A stretch of DNA of 64,000 nt, from positions 62,001 through 126,000 of the IMG/VR virus record IMGVR_UViG_3300046660_000716; one strand, 5' to 3'. This document shows positions 52,416 to 61,000 of this stretch, one piece after another. How positions within the stretch are numbered: position 1 is the first letter of the stretch; the number at the start of each line of letters is the position of its first letter. Both the position numbers and the translations under genes were made by a program. The notes beneath the pieces were generated by a model. The model saw only the letters and a program-made list of their open reading frames with translations, was not told where the DNA came from and searched no databases.

Positions 52416-53498
52416 ATGCCACTAACACTGCTCACCGACGCCCAGGTGTCGGAGTACGTCGCCGGGCTCGACCTCGCGCAGGGCAGCACCGCGTACACCA
52501 CCATGAACGCCATGCTGCTCCTCCCGCCCGCCTCCTTCGCGCAGGCGGTGTCGGCGATCGCGCAGGGCCTGATCACCATGGCCGACATGCGCAACCTCCC
52601 GGCTATGAACGCGCGACTCGTGGAGGCGCTCATCAGCAGCACGATGTCAGTCACCGACGAGTCCGTGCTGGCGTGGCGGTACCGCTCCGAGTGGCTCCCG
52701 GCCAGCATCGACGTCGCCAGGCTGCGAGCCGACTCGATCGGAGACGCCGCCGCGTCCATCGCCGCCAGGTACACCGACAAGTGGGGCGGCATCATCCGCC
52801 CCGCCTACGACTACACGAAGACCGACGAGACCAAGTACCACAGCTACGGCGAGGCGTACGCGGCCTACCTCGTGATCGCCAACGACCCGCTCTGCCTCGC
52901 CGAGGCGGACGCCTTCCGCGCCGCCCACGCGGCGTTCCGCGCCGCCCACCCCGACCTGCTGCAGGCCACGGATTCCCTGTGCCCCGTGCTGGGCCTCGTC
53001 AACGCCGCCGTGTCCACCAGCCTCTTCATGGAGCGCGTGAACGGCGGCCGCGGAGCGAACGTCCTCCTGGACTACGTGACGTCGGCGTCCTGGCGGCGCT
53101 GCCTGCCGGGCGACTACGCGCGCTTCATGGACGAAGTGGCGTACCCGGCCATGGCGGCCTCCGTCGACCCGGCGCGCACGGGCCTCCCCGGCGCCCAGGC
53201 GGCGTTCGACGCGGCAACGTGGCTGCCGATCGCCCTCCCGGCTCCGGGCTGGGACATGGACAGGGCCAGGATGGCTCGCATCAACCTCCCCTCGGCCTAC
53301 GGCGCGTCGCTGGTCGGGTTCGACCGCCCCGCAGAGGTCGCGCAGGAGGCGGCGCTGCTCGGCTACCTGGAGGCGGCGCGCACCGCTTTGCTCAACATCC
53401 ACGAGCTGATCAGCCGCAAGGTGGCGGGCGACGCGTCGCTGTACCGCGCCGGACCAGGCCAGTCGGTCGGCATCCTCCTCGCAATCACCAACCCATAA
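52416..53498 (+). CDS. hypothetical protein, probably virion-associated
   Basis: 360 aa; context. Confidence 0.75.
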   Translation: MPLTLLTDAQVSEYVAGLDLAQGSTAYTTMNAMLLLPPASFAQAVSAIAQGLITMADMRNLPAMNARLVEALISSTMSVTDESVLAWRYRSEWLPASIDVARLRADSIGDAAASIAARYTDKWGGIIRPAYDYTKTDETKYHSYGEAYAAYLVIANDPLCLAEADAFRAAHAAFRAAHPDLLQATDSLCPVLGLVNAAVSTSLFMERVNGGRGANVLLDYVTSASWRRCLPGDYARFMDEVAYPAMAASVDPARTGLPGAQAAFDAATWLPIALPAPGWDMDRARMARINLPSAYGASLVGFDRPAEVAQEAALLGYLEAARTALLNIHELISRKVAGDASLYRAGPGQSVGILLAITNP

Positions 53499-53510
53499 AC
53501 GGAAACCACC

Positions 53511-54062
53511 ATGGCCCTCTCAGTAACCGCCGGATTCGGCACCATCATCGCGACCGAGATCATCGGCGGCGCCCACCACCAGTCCGTCATCGTCTTCGAG
53601 AACCACTTCCGGTCGCAGGTGGAATCGCCCACGACCGCCGGCGCGGACTACAGCTCAGGCATGTACCTCGGAGCCCAGCTCTCGTTCGCGGCGGCGACGC
53701 GCGGGCCGGGCCAGTTCTCCATACTGGACGGCCTGCAGGTGATCCTGCGCGACATGCAGGCCGCGCCTGATCTGGACATCGTGTTCTACACGGACGCGCT
53801 GGACAACCCTCCGGTGGACGCGACCCACGCCGTCCTGTCGGCGGGCGACATCCTGGCCGTGACCGGCGTCCTGCGCATTCCAGGATCGGCCTTCGTCGAA
53901 CTTGGCGGCCACATGATCGCCGACGTGGCGCTGCCGCGATCGCTGGTCGTGCAGGCCGGCGCGGGCGAGGGTTCGTCCCACGCCGCGATCGTGGTCCGCG
54001 AGGACGTGACGATCCCGGCGGTCGACACCCTGGTCGTGTCCGCCGTGTTCCGCCGGGACTGA
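53511..54062 (+). CDS. hypothetical beta-rich protein, probably virion structural
   Basis: 183 aa; context. Confidence 0.75.
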   Translation: MALSVTAGFGTIIATEIIGGAHHQSVIVFENHFRSQVESPTTAGADYSSGMYLGAQLSFAAATRGPGQFSILDGLQVILRDMQAAPDLDIVFYTDALDNPPVDATHAVLSAGDILAVTGVLRIPGSAFVELGGHMIADVALPRSLVVQAGAGEGSSHAAIVVREDVTIPAVDTLVVSAVFRRD

Positions 54063-54064
54063 CC

Positions 54065-55099
54065 ATGGACCGCGCACAAGTGACGGGCGCGTCCGTCCGC
54101 AACTACATGGACGCCAACCTCGACCGGACCAACTACCACCTCTTCTACGGGCTGCACCTGCTGCCGAGGGACCGCTTCCTAGCGGTCATGGACGCACTTC
54201 TCAACAACGAGTTGCAGCCCGAGGAGCTGGTTCGCCTTGGCGGATTCACAGCGGCCGAGGCGGATTCGCTGCTCAAAGACTCGCTGGGAAGCTGGACCAA
54301 CCCGTCGGTGGCCCAGCCGGTCGTTGGCACCGACGGGTACACGTACCTCGCCGAGACCCTGGGCCTGGCCCAGCTGGTGAAGGACGCGTCGCTCGCCGTG
54401 GCGGGTCCGGCCGCGTCCCGCACTCTGGGAGCGCACGTCCGCATCGGCGGCCGCGATGGGCACATTAACGAGGCGGCAGCCGAGTCGATCTTCCGAAGCG
54501 CGGTGCTTCCCGCCGCGCTGGGCGTGAGCGCGCTCGAGAGCGTGCTGCCGGGAAACGAGGCCGAGTACAGGGCTCTCCCGTGCGCCGCGGGCGCCCAGGA
54601 CCAGGCCTGGCTGTGGGGGTCTGGCGTGTTTGGTCCCCTCATCTCCCCCGACGACGGGCTCCTCCTGCGACGGCTGGTGTGGACGGGCATGGTGCCGTCC
54701 TCCCTGCAGCTGAACCCGGCCCTGGCAGAGTGGGTCATCACCACCCCCATGCCAGCGTACGACACGCACCTCCTGCTGCACAGGGTGGCTGTCGAGCGCA
54801 CCGTCGCCGGCCCGTACACCTCGGCCGAGCTGTCGGCCCTGCTGGACGAGCTCGAGTCCGCCCGGCCCAACCACGTCGGCACCTCGCGCAAGATCAGCTT
54901 CCTCGATCTCAAGGTGCGGATCGCCCGCGCCGCCGCGGCGCACCACTTCCCGGACGACGCGGTGCTGAACGGCCGCGCCGCCGTGCTGACCGGCGCGATG
55001 CAGCAACTGACGGACCACCGCGCCGTGCTGCGCTCGTTCATGGCCGCCGTGCTGGCCGGCTGCGCCTCCAACCTGCTCGGCGACTACCCGCCGGGCTGA
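54065..55099 (+). CDS. hypothetical protein
   Basis: 344 aa; directly upstream of the portal. Confidence 0.75.
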   Translation: MDRAQVTGASVRNYMDANLDRTNYHLFYGLHLLPRDRFLAVMDALLNNELQPEELVRLGGFTAAEADSLLKDSLGSWTNPSVAQPVVGTDGYTYLAETLGLAQLVKDASLAVAGPAASRTLGAHVRIGGRDGHINEAAAESIFRSAVLPAALGVSALESVLPGNEAEYRALPCAAGAQDQAWLWGSGVFGPLISPDDGLLLRRLVWTGMVPSSLQLNPALAEWVITTPMPAYDTHLLLHRVAVERTVAGPYTSAELSALLDELESARPNHVGTSRKISFLDLKVRIARAAAAHHFPDDAVLNGRAAVLTGAMQQLTDHRAVLRSFMAAVLAGCASNLLGDYPPG

Positions 55100-55102
55100 A
55101 CC

Positions 55103-55116
55103 ACAACTCTGATAGC
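55103..55116 (+). promoter_or_regulatory. ACAA-CTCTGA-TAGC, putative late promoter of the portal gene
   Basis: Same 11-mer as 51820-51830, in a 28-nt gap. Confidence 0.55.
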
Positions 55117-55127
55117 GACGACACAAG

Positions 55128-57683
55128 ATGGCAACCACTCCACAGAACGGCCGCAACCGCGGCGGCAAGCGCAACAATCCGGCCGAGAAGGCGCTCGGCC
55201 GGGCGGAGCGCTCTGCCGACAGCGCCGATCAGCTGCTGACCGGCGGGATCGAACCCGAGCTGCAGGGTGCGCGCGACCTCGACAGCGTGGTCCGCACCAT
55301 CGCCCGGCAGGTGGGCGCGGCCAACACGCGCCTGACCGGCGGCAACACGCTGGAGACCATGTCCCGCCTCAAGCAGGACACGCTGCTCTCCACCCCACTC
55401 GTGCAGCAGAACGCCTCCAACCAGATCAAGATCACCGACGGCGGCGCGACGCTGAAGGACGCGCTGGACGAGGTCGAGTCCAGCATGATCAACGAGCTCT
55501 TCGCCACGGAGAAGGGTCGGCTGGACGATTACCAGACCTACGCGCAGATCGCCGACCTGATCACCCAGGCGGGCGAGTCCATCCAGGCGTTCACCGACAA
55601 TATCGTGAGCCCGGACGACTTCACCAAGCGCGATGTGGCAGTGTTCTACGACGGCACCGACGAAGAGGGCAAGCTGATCAAGCAGGTCAAGGCCAAGGCC
55701 GACGACCTGATCAAGAAGTACATGCTGGAGGACCGCGCGGAGGAGGCCATCACCAAGGCGCTGGTCAAGGGCGACTACTTCATGGTCATCCTGAACCTAC
55801 GCCAGGAGCTCGAGGGCATCCTGAACGAGCAGGGCGCGCTGGTGGAGAACGCCCAGGCCCTGCTGGACGAGCACCGCGTGTCGCAGAAGTTCGAGGCGCA
55901 GCACGTGCCGAACCTGGAGGACCCGGACGTCAAGGGCCTCATGGAAATCATGAAGCTCGAGATCAAGGCGAGCGAGGCCAAGGGCGCCAAGGACGGAGCC
56001 CTGACCGAGAGCACGCTGGTCGCCGAGTCGTCCAAGTTCCGCGAGGAGCTGGCCGCCTACTTCAACGAGCTGCTCGTGGTCAACGAGGACGCGTCGGGCC
56101 TGGTCGGCAAGCAGGCCATGTCGATGAAGTTCGCGCAGGACCTGCCGAGCAAGCAGCGCGTCCGGGCCGGCGGCAAGATGGTCGCCCCCGGCGAGGGCAG
56201 GGGCGCCAGCCTCGCGGGCTCCAAGGTCACCGGCTCGGTGGTGAAGATGGTCCCTCCGGAGAACGTCGTCAAGCTGTACCAGGACGACACGCTGTTCGGC
56301 TACTACTTCATCGAGCTGTCCGGCCCGGACATCGCCGACTTCGCGCGCCGCGGCACGATGGACCAGACCGCCATGGTCCGCGCCATCGACCAGAACCTGT
56401 CGGTGCGCGCGCTGGGCGGCAACACGGGCGCCGTGCCGAAGGGCAAGGACGCGCTGATCAGCCGCATCATCATCAAGACGCTGAGCACGAAGCTGGGCAA
56501 CTCGAAGTACCTGAAGGACCACGAGGAGTTCGCCTCCGACGCGTACGCGATCCTGTCGCGCGCCCGCCGGGAGCGCCGCCGCGCCACCTTCACGTACGTG
56601 GCCCCGGACCAGATGGTCCACTTCACGCCGAACGGCTCTACGGCCTACGGCGAGTCCGTGCTGAGCCGCATCAAGTTCCTGTCCAAGCTGTACCTGGGCG
56701 CGATGACCAACGCGTTCATGCGCAACTCCATCCGGCGCCCCGAGCGCCTGGTGTGGTACATCGACATCGGCACGGACAACGACGGCAGCAACTCGGTCCA
56801 GAACTTCATCCGCACGATCAAGCAGCGCGAGGTCAAGTTCTCGAACCTGCGGGACATCACGACCACGATCAACCAGATCGGCGAGTTCCACGACTTCTAC
56901 GTGCCGACCTACAACGGAGAGCGCCCCGTCGACGTTGAGACGCTGAACATGGGCGCCGCCGCCGAGGTCGACAACGCCTACCTGGAGTACCTGCGCAAGG
57001 CCATCATCGGCGGCACGGGCGTCCCTGCGGCGTACCTGGGCTACTCCGAGGAGGTGGCGTTCGCCCGCTCCCTGACGATGGACAACGGCCGCTTCCTGCG
57101 CCGCGTGATCCGCAACCAGAAGCACTTCGGTGCGGCCATGACCCGCGTGCTGCAGATCCTGTGGCGCAACGAGTACATGAGCCTGGAGGAGCTGGTCGGC
57201 AAGACCAAGGACCAGTCCGCCGACGACGTGGAGCGGGCCAGCAAGGAGCGCAGCGACAAGGAGAACGCCAAGGCCGGCGTCGACCGAGCTCTGGCAGACA
57301 TCGACATCTCGAAGATCGTCGTGCGCTACCCTAGCCCGGCCACGCTGAACATGACCAACCTGGCCGACGCGATGAACCAGGGCCAACCCGTGGCCGAGTT
57401 CATCACCGACGTGGTCGGCTCCGGCGAGGAGGATGACGTCAAGAACGAGCTGAAGAAGCAGGTGCTGCAGGACCTGATGCCTCAGATCCACTGGTCGAAG
57501 TACCACGACATGCTGGACAACGCACGCAAGGCCATCGAGAAGAAGAAGGCCGGCGAATCGACGACGCCGGCCGCCGGTGGCGGCGACGGTCTCGAAGGGG
57601 GCGGCGACGGCCTCGGTGCTGCCGGCATGGATGCGGGCGGCGACGGCGGAGACACAGCCGAAGCCGACTTCCCTCCTCCGTAA
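55128..57683 (+). CDS. portal vertex protein (T4 gp20-like)
   Basis: RRPERLVWYIDIG, DFYVP..GER..DVETL, YLRKAIIGGTGVPAAYL correspond to T4 gp20 PERRVFYIDVG, EDYWLP and YF.KKL..L.VP.SR. Confidence 0.85.
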   Translation: MATTPQNGRNRGGKRNNPAEKALGRAERSADSADQLLTGGIEPELQGARDLDSVVRTIARQVGAANTRLTGGNTLETMSRLKQDTLLSTPLVQQNASNQIKITDGGATLKDALDEVESSMINELFATEKGRLDDYQTYAQIADLITQAGESIQAFTDNIVSPDDFTKRDVAVFYDGTDEEGKLIKQVKAKADDLIKKYMLEDRAEEAITKALVKGDYFMVILNLRQELEGILNEQGALVENAQALLDEHRVSQKFEAQHVPNLEDPDVKGLMEIMKLEIKASEAKGAKDGALTESTLVAESSKFREELAAYFNELLVVNEDASGLVGKQAMSMKFAQDLPSKQRVRAGGKMVAPGEGRGASLAGSKVTGSVVKMVPPENVVKLYQDDTLFGYYFIELSGPDIADFARRGTMDQTAMVRAIDQNLSVRALGGNTGAVPKGKDALISRIIIKTLSTKLGNSKYLKDHEEFASDAYAILSRARRERRRATFTYVAPDQMVHFTPNGSTAYGESVLSRIKFLSKLYLGAMTNAFMRNSIRRPERLVWYIDIGTDNDGSNSVQNFIRTIKQREVKFSNLRDITTTINQIGEFHDFYVPTYNGERPVDVETLNMGAAAEVDNAYLEYLRKAIIGGTGVPAAYLGYSEEVAFARSLTMDNGRFLRRVIRNQKHFGAAMTRVLQILWRNEYMSLEELVGKTKDQSADDVERASKERSDKENAKAGVDRALADIDISKIVVRYPSPATLNMTNLADAMNQGQPVAEFITDVVGSGEEDDVKNELKKQVLQDLMPQIHWSKYHDMLDNARKAIEKKKAGESTTPAAGGGDGLEGGGDGLGAAGMDAGGDGGDTAEADFPPP

Positions 57684-57690
57684 AGTATAG

Positions 57691-57728
57691 AAAGAGCCCA
57701 TACCCCAGCTGGGGTATGGGCGTCTTTT
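57691..57728. terminator. bidirectional terminator between convergent genes
   Basis: AAAGAG-CCCATACCCCAGCTGGGGTATGGG-CGTCTTTT (24-bp palindrome). Confidence 0.8.
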
Positions 57729-57990
57729 ACGGAGCGTCGCGGAAGAACGCCACGAGCTCGACCTGGTCGACCTCGGTGCACTCGACCACCGGCATGACCT
57801 CGGGGCCGACCTCCTCGTTGTGCGTGAAGATCAGCGTGCCGCCGTCGATCACCAGGCTGTAGCGCGCCTTCACGCCCACTGAGGAGTGCATGTTCCAGTT
57901 TTTGCCGGATGTGGTGGCGATGTAGCGGACGTTCTCGAGGTCCGTGCCGCCATGGGTGGCGATGAGATCGTCGAATCGTGCTTGTTGCAT
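57727..57990 (-). CDS. hypothetical protein downstream of the tail fibre (possible chaperone)
   Basis: SD GAGAGG; 87 aa. Confidence 0.7.
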   Translation of the reverse strand: MQQARFDDLIATHGGTDLENVRYIATTSGKNWNMHSSVGVKARYSLVIDGGTLIFTHNEEVGPEVMPVVECTEVDQVELVAFFRDAP

Positions 57991-58011
57991 TGTGTTCCTC
58001 TCTTCCTGTGG

Positions 58012-58031
58012 GGAGGGGCCGAAGCCCCTCC
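58012..58031 (-). other. cUUCGg hairpin after the tail fibre stop
   Basis: GGAGGGGC-ttcg-GCCCCTCC on the minus strand; no U-tract. Confidence 0.55.
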
Positions 58032-58038
58032 TTGTCGT

Positions 58039-61000
58039 TTACGCGGTGGTCCAGGTGCCGAAGCCGCCAGTGATGTGCCAGACGTAGGTGCTGGCACCGG
58101 TCTGCACGCACGTCAGCATGACGCTGGCGTTGGTCTCCGTCGCGGTCGAGTTCGTCAGAGTGCCCGCCGCCGTGGAGTCCTGTATGGTATCAGTTCCCAC
58201 GGCTTTGATCACGAAGTTCTGAGCGTTGACCTTGAAGAAGCGCAGGGTCTGGCCCACCATCGTCGAGCCTGCAGGCAGGGTGTCGGTGATGGCGCCCGCT
58301 GCACCGCGGTTGGTCAGCATCGAGCCGACGTCCGTCGACAGCACCGTGTAGGATGCGGTTTTCGGGTTGTCGACCAGGGCCGCAGCCGCGCCGTCCGTGA
58401 TGCCGTAGCCGGCCAGGGTGGTCGGCTTGCCGGTGATGCTGGCGAAGGCAGGGGTCACGGTCACATTCGCAGCCAGGACCAGGCGGCCCTTGGAGTCGAC
58501 CGTGAAGGTCGGGATCTGGGTCGCCGAGCCGTAGGCCGCCGCCGCCACCGCCGTGTTGGCCAGAGTCAGAGCGCCCGTCGCCGCAGCCGAGCCGTCGAAG
58601 TTCGTCGTCCAGGTGGCGTCGCCGGTGATCGAGATCGCCCGAGCGGTCGCCAGCTTGGTCGCCGTGTCGGCGTTGCCCGTGACGTTGCCCGTGACGTTGC
58701 CGGTCACGTTGCCCGCGACGTTGCCCTGCAGGTTCATCTGGGCGGTGCCCACCGAGCCGCTGAAGACCTCGCCGGTGTTCGACGCGTCCGGGATGAACGT
58801 GAAGAAGCCGGTGGAGTCGTCGAAGCCGAAGTAGCCCACCTTCGCGGTGGTGCCGTTGTGCCAGCGGTACTCGATGCCGCGGTCCTTGTTGTCGTCGACG
58901 GTCGGAGCCGTGTCGCCGCCCAGGGTGAAGATAGGGTCGTCGATGGTCACGGTCGTCGAGTTGAACGTGGTCGTGGTGCCGTTGAACGTCACGTTGCCCG
59001 TGAAGGTGGTGGTGCCGTTCACGACCAGCGACGCGGCGGTCAGCGCGCCCGCGGTCGTCAGGTTGGCCGAGCCAGCCCAGGTGGACAGCGCGGTGTTCTC
59101 CACGTTGCCCAGTCCGACGGCCGCGGCGTTCAGCGCTGCCATCACCTTGTCGCCGCGGTAGTACTGCGCCGCGGTGCCAGCAGCGATGAGCGGCTGCGAG
59201 TCAGTGATGCCGTATCCGGCCAGGGTGGTCGGCAGGCCCGTGATGTTGGCGAAGGCCGGGGTCACGGTCACGTTGGCCGCCAGGACCAGGCGGCCCTTGG
59301 AATCGACCGTGAAGGTCGGGATCTGGGAGCCGGAGCCGTAGGCCGCCGCCGCCACGGCGGTGTTGGCCAGGGTCAGCGCGCCGGTGGCGTTGGCCGAGCC
59401 GTCGAAGCTGGTGGTCCAGGTGGCGTCGCCGGTGATCGAGACGCTGCGGGCGGTCGCCAGCTTGGTCGCGGTCGAGGCGTTGCCCGTGAAGCCGGCCGTC
59501 GTGTTGATGGTCAGCTTGTTGTTGACGTCGTCGTAGGCCACCGAGATGTTGGTGCCGGAGACGATGTCCAGGCGCTCGGCCGTGGTGTACGAGATCTGCG
59601 CGCTGGTGCCGTCGCCGATCGACAGCGTGTGCGTGTGGTTGGACAGCGCCGCGTCGGTGATGCCGTAGCCGGCCAGGGTGGTCGGCTTGGACGTGATGCT
59701 TGAGAACAGCGGCGTGATCGTCACCGGCGCGCCGACGCTGATGATGCGGCCCTTGGAGTCGACCGTGTACGGCGTGACCGCGGTCGCCGTCGCGTTGTAC
59801 GTGCCGGCGGCGACGCCCGATGCGGCCAGCGTCATGGCGCCCGTGGCTGCGGCGGTGCCGTCGAAGTTCGTCGTCCAGGTGCCGTCGCCGGTCATGGAGA
59901 TCGCGCGGGTCGTCGCCAGAGCCGTGGCGGTCGAGGCGTTGCCCGTGAAGCCTGCGGTCGTGTTGACCGTGAGCTTATTGGTGGCGTCGTCGTAGACCAG
60001 CGAGATGTTCGTGCCGGACACGATGTCCAGGCGATCGCTGGTCAGGTAGTTGATCTGCGTCGCGGTCCCGTCGCCGATCTTCAGCGCGTGGGTGTGCACC
60101 AGCGGCGCAGCGTCGGTGATGCCGTAGCCGCCCAGCGTGGTCGGCAGACCCGTGATGTTGGCGAACGCCGGGGTCACGGCGGTGCTACCGGCGACGGTCA
60201 GGCGACCCTTGGAGTCGACCGTGAAGGTCGGAACCAGGGCGCCCGAGCCGTAGGAGGCCGCAGCGACGCCGGTGTTGGCCAGCGTGCCGGCAGCCGTGGC
60301 GTTGGCCGAGCCGTCGAAGTTGGTGGTCCAGGACACGTCGCCGGTCATCGAGATCGAGCGGGCGTTGGCCAGCTTGGTCGCGGTGTCGGCATTGCCGGTG
60401 AAGCTCGCGCTCGAACCGATCGTGATCTTGTTGTTGACGTCGTCGTAGGCCACCGTGATGTTGCTGCCCGACACGATGTCCAGGCGGTCGCTGGTGAGGT
60501 AGTTCACCCGCGCGGCGGTCCCGTCGCCGATCGTCAGCGCGTGGGTGTGCACCAGGGCCGCGGCGTCGGTGATGCCGTAGCCGCCCAGCGTGGTGGGCTT
60601 GCCGGTCACGCTGGCGAAGGCCGGGGTGATCGTGACCGCGGCGCCGGTTGCCACGATGCGGCCCTTGGCGTCCACGGTGAACGGCGTGATCGCGGTCGCC
60701 GAGTTGTTGTACTGGGCGGCGGCGACGCCGGTGTTGGCCAGCGTCAGGGCGCCGGTCGCGGCAGCGGTGCCGTCAAAATTCGTCGTCCAGGTGGCGTCGC
60801 CGGTGATCGAGATCGCACGGCTGGTGGCCAGAGCGGTCGCAGTCGAGGCGTTACCGGTCACGGCGCCCGTCAGGTTGCCGGTGACGTTGCCCAGCAGGTT
60901 AGCCTCCAGGGTGCCCACCGCGCCGGAGAAGACCTCGCCGGCATTCACCGCGTCCGGGATGAAGGTCATGCGGCCGGTGCTTCGGTCGAAGCCGAAGAAG

